DNA of 64,000 bases, from NCBI GenBank assembly GCA_964234715.1, contig OZ174281.1. One strand, given 5' to 3'. The notes beneath the pieces are model-generated. The model had not been told where the DNA came from. It saw only the letters and a program-made list of their open reading frames with translations, and searched no databases. Source of the stretch: Podarcis melisellensis (lineage: Eukaryota). The stretch's first letter is position 1; each line of letters starts with the position of its first letter. Shown piece after piece: positions 53,160-64,000 of this stretch. A program made the translations under genes and the position numbers.

Positions 53160-54679
53160 GGCAGAGAGAAACAGGCAAGTAAACAGAAGCACAGTGCTGA
53201 TCAAGTGAAACCTCCAATTACTAAGCAGCTCTAGTGATGTACATCTTTCCCGTCGTAAAAGAATGATACTACACATCCATTCCCCCACTCGAGAACTACA
53301 CAGGACAGACCACATCAATTGGTCATTCACATAAAACTGAAACAAACAAGGACAAATTCTTCCACTGTTGCTCCATAAACTGAACATAAGCTGTCAGGAG
53401 ATGTGGTATTCCAGAATGCATGCCTATATCTGGGAGCTACCACATGCCGTTTGAAAAAGGGGTGGTAAGTGGTCATAAGGAATACACTAACAGCTAATAC
53501 TTGATTGTCTAACAAAATGCAATACATTATTCAATTAAGCCACTGATGAACAGATTTCAGTTTAAATAGGAACAGTTTATTTGGCTCTCCCCTCCCAAAA
53601 TTACCAATTATGATTGTGCTTAATAACCCTTCAGAACAGATTATGTACTAGTCTTGCTAGAAATGCATTTTCCCCCTTTTGCATGTGTGTGGTGTGCACA
53701 CACACGTGCATATACAGAGAGAGAGTCTGAACTTGAAATCACTGTGCTAATGTGCGATACACACATCACACAAATTATTCAATCACAGCTTATGATGATT
53801 TGCTCTGTTAAGCCAAATACTCATTAACATTCCTGTGCCTGATAATCTCAACAATGTGAGTTTTCACAATTTAGAAATCCTTTCTCAAGCAAAAAACAAA
53901 AAACTTGATTTAAATGCAAGCATACAGTTAAACCTGTTTGTGCACAGTGGGAGAAAAAAGGGGGGGCAAAGTGTTCTCTCCCAGATTTTAACTGCTCTTT
54001 TTATACCTCATCCAGTTGTACATTCTGAGCTACCCAGTATTATACATGCAACATTGTAATTGTGGGAGCATCATACGTTTACACAGGAGCATTATGTTCC
54101 CTCTTTTTGCACTATTTTAAGGCTGCAATTTGAAGCTAGTTTCATTAACAGAAACATCACCTGCATACCCTCACTCGTCATTATCTGCTCAACAGGCAAC
54201 AGTAAGGAATACACTGCGTATCTCAGTAAAGACATACGGAATAATTCAACATCATGCTATGCCAATCGTTCTGTCAGGGCATGCATTTCTACTTGCCATA
54301 TGGAATAGCACTCCCCCCACCACCACCACCACAGTTCTAGGAGTTCTCCAAACTTCCCACCCCAAAACAATTTCAAGGGGCAAAGAGGGCAAGGGGGAAG
54401 CTCCATTGTGCAAGACACAAAGTTCTTGTTCAAGCTTCTACTGATGTGTCTCACTTGCTGAATCCCTGCCATACAGTATATAACTTGCAAAGTTCAGAAA
54501 AAGGCTAACATTAAAATTGTCATTAAAATTATCCAAGATATCCCTACCTCCCACCACCAACCTAGAAAAAAAACCATTAGAAGTACAGTTGAAGGCTCAT
54601 ATCACTAGAAATGGAGGATATAAAACAGAACTAATCAATTCATACATATCTCAAGGCAATTATATCGGATCTTATAGCC

Positions 54680-55135
54680 ACCGAGACCATATAACACTGG
54701 TCCTGAAAGACCTACATTGGCTCCCAGTATGTTTCAGAGCACAATTCAAAGCGCTGACGCGAACCTTTAAAGCACTAAACGGCCTCAACCCAGTATACCT
54801 GAAGGAGTGTCTCTACCCCCATCGTTCAGCGCACACAGTGAGGTCCAGCACTGAGGGCCTTCTGGCGGTTCCCTCTCTGCGAGAAGTGAGGTTACAGGGA
54901 ACCAGGCAGAGGACCTTCTCAGTAGTGGCACCTGCCCCGTGGAACGCCCTCCCATCAGATGTCAGAGAAATAAACAACTATCCGACTTTTAGAAGACACC
55001 TGAAGGCAGCCCTGTTTAGGGAAACTTTTAATGTTTGAAGTTTTATTCTGTTTTTAATGCTCTGTTTAAATCCGTCCAGTGTGGCTGGGGAAACCCAGCC
55101 CGATATGCAGGGTAGAAATAATAAATTATTATCAC
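54680..55135 (+). mobile_element. L2-clade LINE, 5'-truncated, with ORF2 C-terminus still open
   Basis: RDHITLVLKDLHWLPVCFRAQFK...RTFSVVAPAPWNALP...FRRHLKAALF matches the L2-type 'HITPVL..LHWLP...RAFS...WN.LP' signature; 3'UTR and AAT/ATT tail follow. Confidence 0.9.
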
Positions 55136-56365
55136 CACCATTATCATCATCATCAAGTGTTTCCTCTTACCACAAGCTTTTACTGAGAGTTTTAATTAAC
55201 ATTTTAGTTTATTAATCAGCAGGTGGCAATTTTAATCAGTAAAACACAGGGATTGTGGTTTATTTTGCTCCAACCAGGATCAATAAGCTAAGATCCTTGG
55301 TTCAGATGTAGCACTAAGTCAGGGATAATAATTTGTTCCCTTCCAGCATGAGTAGAATAAAGAGAAGCATGTACAATTCACTAACGTACAGTAAGCCAAT
55401 GATTTATGGCTTACAGTGACATGCAAATGTAGCCAATATATTTGCAGCATGGTTAACAACCTTAATCTAGTCTATTGATGTTTATCCCTGTGCAGTATCA
55501 GTAACACAAACAAATACAGCATCATGTACTTTCCTTGCCAGTATTGTACTTTCTATGGGGGGGGGATGAGTGGCAGCCATGTTGCAAATAAAACCTTTAA
55601 TTATATCCAAGTATTCATAGAAAATGGTTAGGACTTCTCAGATACATCTACTCCCTCACAGACAATTCTGGATCACATCACTATTTAAGACATGTTTCAA
55701 GACCAGTTCTCATCTCCACATGAAACTGTTAGAAAGTATTGAAAACTTTATTACATTTTTTTTCAAAAGATCTGAAGGGGGGGGAGGCAGATTTCAGCTG
55801 GCATTGCCTATTCTACTAAAAATATCTGTAGCTGAAACTCATATTGCAATTTAGAACAAAGAAATAATCAAGTATGCCTTACAGCTGAAATGGAAGTGTC
55901 CACTTGAATACATACATTTGGAAATCACTGACATTTTATGGCAGTCAAAATTAGTTTTTCAATAATTACAATAGTTGCTTCACGGGAGAAATAAAATTAA
56001 CTATTATATGAAACTGGGAAGTCAGAAATATATATTTACTATTCATCATCATTGTAGTTTACAACAGAGCTTCCCAAATACACACAGTTGTACAACTTTA
56101 TTAATATTAACTTTAATTGCTAACCCTTTCTATATCAAATGATCTAAGAGCAAGTTATAATCCATAAAATAACATAAACTACAAAAATCAATAGTCGTAA
56201 ATATAAATTAAATATAAATTAATCCTTGGAATATCGAAAGCAACCAGTTCCTCCAATTTCTATATTGAGTTTTAACATATGCCAGTGACACCATTCTCCT
56301 CTTGTCAGGGACTGGTACATTCAGACAGCAACCAGGACATCCCAGAAGACATGCAAGGCACTGAG

Positions 56366-56615
56366 CAGTCGTACCTCGGAAGCCGGATGGAATCCATTCC
56401 AGAAGTTCATTCGACTTCCAGAATGTACGGAAACCAAGGCGCAGCTTACAATTGGCTGCAGGAACCTCCTGCAGTCAACCAGAAGCTGCGGAACACACAT
56501 TGGATGTTCGGGTTCCAAAGAACGTTTGCAAACCGGAACACTCACTTCCGGGTTTCTGGTGTTCAGGAGCCAAAACGTTCGAGTCACAAGGCGTTCGACT
56601 TCTGAAGTATGACTG
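56366..56615. mobile_element. Tigger-like MITE (diverged)
   Basis: CAGTCGTACCTCGGAAG ... CTTCTGAAGTATGACTG followed by TA; left TSD is mutated. Confidence 0.75.
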
Positions 56616-56689
56616 TACTCTGTACTGATTTTTGTTGCTGACAATTAAATTTTATGCAAACAGCTCAAACAGAGCTGCAGCTAATGGCC

Positions 56690-57000
56690 CCCAAATACTT
56701 GAGTGAATAGCCAGGTCTTAACTTGGTGCCAAAATGAAACCAATCGCAGTGCCAATCAGGCCTCCAAGCGGGCGGGGGAATTCCACAACTGGGGTGTCAT
56801 AACAAATAGGCCATCTCCCACAACTCCACATAATGCCCAGCTTTTAGAGGTGGGATGCAGAAAAAGACCTCATTCCCAATAGACCTCTCTAGGCCGAAGG
56901 GTATAAAGAGAGCACACTCCAGGAAGCATCAAGTTCCGAAGTTCTTTAGAACTTTGATGCCATCACTAACACCTTGAAATCAAACGGAAAACATACCAGG
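56690..57000 (-). mobile_element. Old L2-like LINE fragment
   Basis: Reverse strand resembles the L2 ORF2 end (ttcaaggtgttagtgatg..., cagttgtggaattcccc = LWNS). Confidence 0.45.
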
Positions 57001-57019
57001 TCCTAGGACAAATAATTAA

Positions 57020-58042
57020 ACAGTCAGCCTAGGGGCACTTAGAAAAGGATGCTGTAATTACTAACAGCGAGAATGGCTTTACCAAAAAAAAGTCATTCCA
57101 GACTAATCTTATTTCTTTTTTGTTTGGATGGAGTTACTTGCTTGATGGATTAGGAGAATGCTGTGGCGGTAAAGCATATTGATTTCAAGTAAGGCTTTCA
57201 ACAAAGTCCCCCAAGATATTCTTTTGTAGGAGCTGGTAAAATGTGGGCTAGACAATGTGTACTGCTAGGTGGATTTGTAGCTGGTAGACTGACTGAATAC
57301 AAGACTGCTCACCAATGATTCTCCGTCATTCTGCAGAAAAAGGGGACAAGTGGGGTGCTGCAGGGTTCTGACCTGTGCCCAGTGGTTGTTACAACATCTT
57401 TATCAATGGCTCAAATAAATAGAGGAAATCTGCAGATGGCACCAAGCTGTGAGGGGTTGTTGAGAGAATCTTTATTGCAGTCCAAAGACCCATAGAGTGA
57501 TTTCAGAACAAAATACAGTTAAGATAGCCAGCCACACAAGAGAAACTGAGGCGGTCATTTTGTTTTGTCTTAAGCATGATAATCTTTGTTTCTTATAACT
57601 TCTGAAAGAAACTTTGCCACAGCCAGTGTAATATCATTAGACCTGTCATCCAAAAGATTTAATATGGAAGGCTTCCGATTTTCCTGGGAGATTTGCTAGT
57701 AGGGGTTTAATCAGTTGGTCCCTTGCTCGCTTGTACTGCCCACAATGCAGTAAGATATGCTTCATACAATCGACATCCTGAGAACATAAAGCCTATTCTG
57801 ATAAGGGATGCTTCTCAGTCTACCATTTAGCACTTCCGATAGAAATACATTTAGTCTAGCTTTGGTAAATAAACGCCGATAGGTTGGTACAGACAGGTTC
57901 CTAAGATAATGAGGATATCTGAAAGGCGTACCCATATTGGATTCCTAAGGGGTAGCTAATGCCTCAGAAATAGAATCAGGATTCAATGTGAGCTTAACAA
58001 ATTAAAGAACTGGACTCAAGCTATCAAAATGAATTTCAATAC
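57020..58042 (+). mobile_element. Degraded CR1 RT fragment split by a nested insertion
   Basis: Motifs resembling GFTKKKS.QTNLISF, KAFNKVP, SGVLQGS.L.P, ADGTKL.G, resuming after 57948 with GVAN...RIRIQ..LNKLKNW...KMNFN. Confidence 0.78.
57460..57947 (-). mobile_element. RTE-X-like LINE 3' fragment nested antisense in CR1
   Basis: Minus-strand translation PHYLRNLSVPTYRRLFTKARLNVFLSEVLNGRLRSIPYQNRL...DCMKHILLHCGQYKRARDQLIKPLL (C-terminal zinc-knuckle region); flanked by AGGGGT(T/A)G duplication. Confidence 0.65.
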
Positions 58043-59292
58043 TTAGTCCTGGGATCCTCCAGCACTAACTCCAAGACTACCTTGGTCAGGAGTGAATTCT
58101 AGGCAGCAGGATGGATGGTGCTGCAACAGTATCCCTATTATCTCTTTATAGTTCAACGTGAGGTACAGACACACGTAACCCTTAGCAGAATGGATGTGTC
58201 TCCTCACAAGAAAGATAGACTCGCTGTGGATTCCTGTGACACACACCCTGACTAACCCTCCAATCTGTTTTGAGGCTGAATTGGGTACCCAGGTAGAAAG
58301 AGCTGAGCTGGATCAATTCCATCCAGCCTGTCCATCCAGTTCTGAATAATACATGTCAGGTCAGCCCCCAATGGACAGACCTGACATTTAGCTGCAGCAC
58401 TAGATCAGAGGGCAGGTTGAATGTATAAACACGCTAAATTCTATGCAACAGAAGACAGCTATGATATATGCCACTGACTTTCAAAACTCAAACCTAGAAG
58501 ATTATTTTTTAAACATAGTTTATATTGTTCACTCTATAATGCAAATATTAATAATAGCGCAGAATTATATTTACCTACTCTTTGGCCATCTACTAATGGA
58601 GCCTGAGTTTAAAGCTGTCATGACAAACAAGACATTTTCAATACCAAGCTAAAACAATGTGGCATTTTATATAACGTGCCACTTGTTATCTGTTGAAGTT
58701 AATTGACTGTGTTATGCAATAATAAAATCACCCACTTAGCTAAGCAAAATCACACATTTAGCAATTGCTAACAATTTTTAAAATGGCAGGTTAATATTTT
58801 GTGCCTCACACATTTTTGTCTCAACAAGTTGTGCATCATAAGTGCCCACAACAGCAGGAAACACACTGCCACACTATGGACTAGCAGTCACCCACCATAG
58901 GCATAATGCCCACATGCAACATATGCTTAACAGCATTCAACACCTCAGGCCAGTTGGGAGGATGAAAAGTCTGTACACACCTCCTATATCCCTTTCCAGC
59001 CTCCCCTTTTCACTCAGTCAAGGAGTTCAAACTTCAGGCTCACTGTTTATTAACTTTACTACCAGCATATCAGCACAACAGAGCATTACTTATTTACTTC
59101 AACAAGAAACATATATAGCCAGGAAGACAGAGTAAGACGCTTGTTTGCATTATGGTAGCTAAAGCTGATCTGCAGAACTGGTCTGCCAGAAGTTAAGCAG
59201 TGCAATACAGAAACAAAAGTGAAATAGATATCTTTTGTTACATTTGATTTTGTAAAAGTTGTCCTAAGGGGTAGGGGGAGGATTTGAATTAC

Positions 59293-59315
59293 CTTTGAAG
59301 ATCTCAAGTTCTTTC
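59293..59315 (-). CDS. DTNBP1: DTNBP1 23-nt micro-exon (exon 7 equivalent)
   Basis: ccttccccccttttacag|GAAAGAACTTGAGATCTTCAAAG|gtaatt encodes (R)KELEIFK(A); the phase-1 end matches exon 8. Confidence 0.92.
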
Positions 59316-59427
59316 CTGTAAAAGGGGGGAAGGAAACAAAACAAAATGCATGATCACAAGTTTAGCTGCACAAAACTTTTTGTCAGCAACAGGAAAAGAA
59401 TATAAGGTTGTGTGATTTTTATAAGTA

Positions 59428-59648
59428 CAGTGGTACCTTGGGATGCGAACAGAATCTGTTCCGGAGCCCCGTTCGCATCCTGAAGCGAACGTAACCCGTG
59501 TCCACACATCACGTTTTGGAGCTTCTGCGCATGACATAATTTTCGTGCAGCAAAACCCGGAAGTAAAACGCTCCGTTAATTCCAGGTCGCCACGGAGCAC
59601 AACCTGAAAATGCCTAACCCGAAGCGTATTCATCCCAAGGTATGACTG
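59428..59648. mobile_element. Tigger-like MITE
   Basis: TA TSD; CAGTGGTACCTTGGGATG ... CATCCCAAGGTATGACTG. Confidence 0.85.
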
Positions 59649-61114
59649 TATGTTAAGTATGTAAGACTGCTTCTCATAATCAGGGTATGTAAAACAGCAT
59701 TATTACACACAATAAATTCATCTCAAGTCAATCAACAGTTGATATATTTTATTCCCACTGACTGCAAAAACAGCTTTGAATGAACAGTATAACCAATTAA
59801 TCTGTGCAAGTAATTTGAAATAGTTTAAGTATGTTTATCAAGTTCTAAAAAGTGCTTTCAATTATTGGCATTATCAATTCGGAGACAACGGAAGTCATAT
59901 ATCCAATCATATTAATAAAATAAGTATAAAGACTACTCTAAATGAACTTCAGAGTTGAAGGATTTAGTGTAATTCTACATCTTAGCATTTATTACTCGTA
60001 GAAAATTGTATGCATGATAAAACTGTAACAGAAATTGCTTGGGGGAAAGATGAAGTTCTATAATATAAAGAACGGTAAAATACACAGTATCTTGGAGCCA
60101 AATGTACCTGGATGGCTACATTCAGAGAGATGGAGAAGCAATAGTCTATAAGGGTGCTGATTTCTACAAACATCTACCAAAGAAATCATTCTTCTCAAAC
60201 CAAGATCAATATTAGCAATGCTTAATCAAGGGCACAGTGCTCATTTCTACATAATAAGGTAAACCTTTTCCAGTGCACCCTTTCTGATTAACTGTAAATA
60301 ATTCCAGCCTGCTTCAAGTCAATATATAACATACAACATTCTTTGATAATTCTTTGGTAATCTGGGGAGCACCCATTCTTTCAAGAGAAATCTCAAAGGA
60401 CTTACTGGCAATTAGATTATATAAAAAAAAAGGCTGTGTCTTTCAACAAGCTGGAATTCCTATATTTAGTGCAACACTGAAAACTAGCATATATTGACTC
60501 TGGAGCAATGTCAAATCATGAATGTTGCCAATAGGCACAGCTGGCATTAGCAAATGTCATCTTCAGGGGAATGGTAGTTTTTTAAGCAAGGAAAAAAGGT
60601 TCAAATCAGAAATGAATATTGAATTGAATTTAGCTATGTTGTATATTTAAATTCTTTTGTTTCACATTACAGTTAATATAACAGGACAGAGGAACAGTGA
60701 CAGGTGGTTTGGATTTAGGGGGACTCAGGTTCTAAACCCTGATTATTCACAAAGGAAATGCATTAAGTATCTCTCAACCTAATCATAGTATTGTGGTGAA
60801 GGTTGGATGAAAGTCCAATATAAATCACTCTTAGGTGGGGAATTAGGTCCCTTGAACTCATGTGTGGCTTCAAGGACACTTACTTTCTCCTTGCCTTGAG
60901 CACTTCTGCTAAGGATAGCTTCTCTCCTTTGGGTAACTCACATGGATAATGAACACCAGATAAAGATTATATACTCCTGCTCAGTCACCCTAAACTGGTG
61001 CTGCTACCTTTCAATTTCTTTAAATAACATACATTCTCCTGAGCAGAGGGTGGGCTCTCCTCATGCCCACAGCCTGCTGATTAACAAGGACAAATTTTAA
61101 TCAGTTATGCCACC

Positions 61115-61226
61115 TCAAATTTATTATGGCATAACTTTTTGTACACCACTTCATCATGTGCATGGAATAGCACAAAATTCTCTTTGGTTTTTGCTGCAAC
61201 AGACTAACATGCATACCGCTCTGGAA
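61115..61226. mobile_element. Penelope-like terminal repeat remnant
   Basis: atttattatggcataac...cacttcatc.tgtgcatg and ttttgctgcaacagactaacatg...ctctggaa resemble reptile Penelope pLTR ends (from memory; degraded). Confidence 0.45.
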
Positions 61227-61794
61227 GTGGTGAAACTACAGTTTCCCTGCAATGTTCAAACCTGAAAACTGTGATTTAAGCACACCGTACCAACTAGGAT
61301 TGATCATGGTTCGTATGCCGTACTTGGCAGACTTTGGACTGTAGGGAATGCTTATATCAGTTTCCTAGTGTAGACTTTATAGGGAAACTGTGGTTTAACA
61401 AACCATAAGGTTTTCTTGCAGATGATGCATAAGGAGGTGGTAGCCTGTGAATTTATCCCTGCTAAAAGGGGAAACTAGAGTTTGTTGAGTTGAGAATGTT
61501 ACACCTGAACTGGGTAGGTGAGTCACCTTAGAAAAAAGCCTCATTTGTCTGGTATCTGAATAGGTGCTGCAATGTGGGATAGAAAGCAACTACATATTCC
61601 TCTGTTATAATACAAGCATCTCAAGAAACATTCTAAAAGGGAAGATTTGTGTATACTATATTCTTTCTTGAATGGCAGTTGTTAATAACATTCTGACAAT
61701 AATGTATCCTATTAATTGAGTTCTCTCTCTCAAATTATTAGAACAGAAATTGGTTGGTAAGTCTTTGAGAATAAAAGGCCTTCCTTGTTCTGTA

Positions 61795-62035
61795 CAGTAG
61801 TACCTCGGTTTAAGAACAGCCCTGTTTATGAACTATTTGGTTTACAAACTCCGCAAAACCGGAAGTAGTATCCCAGTTTGCGAACTTTACCTTGGTCTAA
61901 GAACGGAATCCAAACAGTGGAAGGGCACTGGTGGTGGGAGGCCTCATTAGGGAAAGCGCGCCTCGGTTTAAGAACGGTTTCGGTTTAAGAACGGGCTTCC
62001 GGAATGGATTAAGTTTGTAAACCAAGTTACCACTG
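61795..62035. mobile_element. Tigger-like MITE
   Basis: TA TSD; CAGTAGTACCTCGGTTTA ... TAAACCAAGTTACCACTG; internal repeats of CGGTTTAAGAAC. Confidence 0.85.
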
Positions 62036-62039
62036 TATA

Positions 62040-62530
62040 AGTAATTTTTCACTCTGTTATCCTCCAATTTTGTTCATCTGGTTGCATCTTTAGATTTTTT
62101 CCTCCAAAAGAGTTCACCATCTTACTTGGTGTAAATTTAATGCATAATTCCAGCTCTTTTCTTCAAGGGTATAAGCCCTACGATGCAAATCACCTCACTA
62201 ATATGTCTCCAGAGTATGTCAAAATATGTCCTTTAGAAATCAAATAGCTTGGCTGCAATTCTAAATCCAACTGGCCTGCTAATTAAATCAAACCAGACTA
62301 AGTCATGATCACTTGATCCAAGTTTATTCCTAACACCATTTATCTTATCCTCACTATATGTCAGCAGCAAACCAGACACTACCTTTTCTCCCAAGAGGTG
62401 AGTGACAACTTGATGAACCGATTTATCATTTAGCTCACCCAGAAATAGCTGGTTCCTGCCATTGCTAGAAGCATTTATTTTTTCATCTGTACCAAAGAAA
62501 TGGAGTCCACAATTACTATGCAATGCCCTT
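62040..62530 (-). mobile_element. Degraded CR1 ORF2 (endonuclease C-terminal region) fragment
   Basis: ORF 62233-62523 contains 'LLLTYSEDKINGV...LGSSDHDLVWF...FDF', typical of the CR1 APE end. Confidence 0.65.
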
Positions 62531-64000
62531 TACTATGAATCAGAGCAATGTTGACAGAAGATGACTAATAAGGCAGATCAAGTCACTGCAATTAGTAGAA
62601 GACTGAAGGCCTAAAATACCCAAAGTGAAACTTTTTCTAGTACATATTCAGCACAATCTTAAGCATGCTTACTCCATTCCACATTCAATGGGGCATAAGA
62701 CTACAACCTGAATTTGAAAGCCAACTGCAAGCAGATAATTCCTTTCCATGAAGGATTCTGGGACCTCAAGTTTCCATTCTCAGACAAGAAGATATTTAAG
62801 ATGAACATATATTTGCACAGACAGAAGGAATTCACAGTCAATAGCACCAAAAATAAATCTTTAAAATCATAATAAACTCACCGTTTAGTCTTTTTGTAAT
62901 TTTCAAGCTGTAGTACTTGCATATGCTTGTATCTTTCCAATTCACACTGTCCACAGAGGTCTTCAAGATAAAGTAAACGATTTTCCATTTCCTTAAAATT
63001 TGCTTCCAGTTGGACTGTGTAACAAGATATTCAAATATCAAAATAGGCAAACCATTAGGAACATAATTTGTGGTGATTTTAAAGAAAATTTTGCTTATCT
63101 TGGCAAACAAGTGATGTCTCGAAATTAATCACACTGGCAGGGGATACATCCAATGAGGAAAGAAGGTTCTTCTTCCCTCCTTTTCCCTTCCCACCAACAC
63201 TCTCCCTCAATACTGGCCTAGGCTTCACTGACAATCACTACATGAAAGAAGATCCATGTAGAAAAATCTAGTGACTTTATTTGATAAACTTCCTAAGGTG
63301 CAATATCCTATGGAGCACACACAGAAGGACCCAGTAGCCACCCATCACAGGGAGAAATCCCTTTCCACTCCACAACACTGATCAAGATGTTGTACGGAGA
63401 AAGAAGCAACACAGACTATCTGTGTCCACACACACACCAACAGCATTAAACAAAATTTAGTGCTCCGTTATTGCCTGCCCTGCTCACGTGGTTGTGAAAT
63501 ATGATGAGTGATCACAAGCTCTTTACAGCATGTTACAGTTGTATGGTCTATGATGATCATCATTGTTTTTACCAACAATTCACAACTCCTGATTATTGCA
63601 TTGTTTTACTTGCACAACACACACCATGGTTAGGCTGAAAAAAACCACTTCAATAGGTTCCAATGAAATGAAATCCAATCAATTCCAAGCAAATGAAACC
63701 AGTTGGTTAGGTTGTTTTTATTCTTAGTTGCTGGGGGGAGGACACAATATTCATGGAGAGTGCAGTTTGGGGGGGGGTGTTAACCATACAAACCGCAGCT
63801 GCAATCCCCATCACTATCACCCCAAGAAATTAAGCATAAAACTAAAATGATTTTTCCCAAGCCCAATTGTTTTTGGACGGGGTGAATAGAAGCTGGCCTT
63901 TATGTGGTATGTGCTGATGAGTCACACTGTATGCATATAATATATGCAATGGTGCGGGGGGGTACATGCAATATGAATTCTGGCCAAGCGAACTCTTGTT

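Larger units (their letters stand above)
30195..59315 (-). other. DTNBP1: DTNBP1 (dysbindin) gene, 3' portion (exons 7-10 equivalent; 5' exons lie beyond the window end)
   Basis: Four phase-compatible exons (23, 156, 144 and 248 coding nt) encoding the dysbindin domain; convergent with JARID2 as in mammals. Confidence 0.96.

Noticed and set aside
54517-55038. 173-aa ORF as a host gene or exon
   Set aside because: The C-terminal ~120 aa are an L2 ORF2 remnant; the N-terminal part is chance open flanking sequence.
61115-61165. Hammerhead ribozyme in the Penelope-like remnant
   Set aside because: On - the core reads ATGATGA...AAAA instead of CTGATGA...GAAA, so the catalytic core is broken. The CTGATGA near 29772-29778 (-) also lacks a correctly placed stem II/GAAA.
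59316-64000. DTNBP1 exon 6 equivalent
   Set aside because: I found no matching coiled-coil peptide or splice sites; it presumably lies beyond the window.

Overview
Vertebrate genomic DNA, almost certainly from a squamate: the Sauria SINEs and MITE families suggest a lacertid lizard. Two genes converge tail-to-tail. On + is the 3' part of JARID2 (Jumonji, PRC2.2 cofactor): 12 coding exons (exons 7-18 by analogy with human numbering), 1922-27765, which splice into one open frame of 2814 nt, followed by a ~1.7 kb 3'UTR with a 133-N assembly gap. On - is the 3' part of DTNBP1 (dysbindin): a 23-nt micro-exon at 59293-59315, a 26.7 kb intron, then three exons ending at 30402, with one GC-AG intron. 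Introns hold Tc2/pogo-type and Tigger-type MITEs, hAT and Harbinger MITEs, Sauria SINEs, and CR1, L2 and RTE-X-like LINE fragments, some nested. Two observations stand out. (1) A candidate alternative first exon deep in DTNBP1 intron 7 (ATG at 53159, MSSPGTTENNRKNS) would splice in frame to give a 196-aa short dysbindin. (2) A Tc2-like MITE family has three copies with shared ends and a 62-bp palindrome, but each carries a different GC-rich tandem array of hairpins, including inverted (flip-flop) modules and a higher-order repeat. Most ORFs in the supplied track are spurious.
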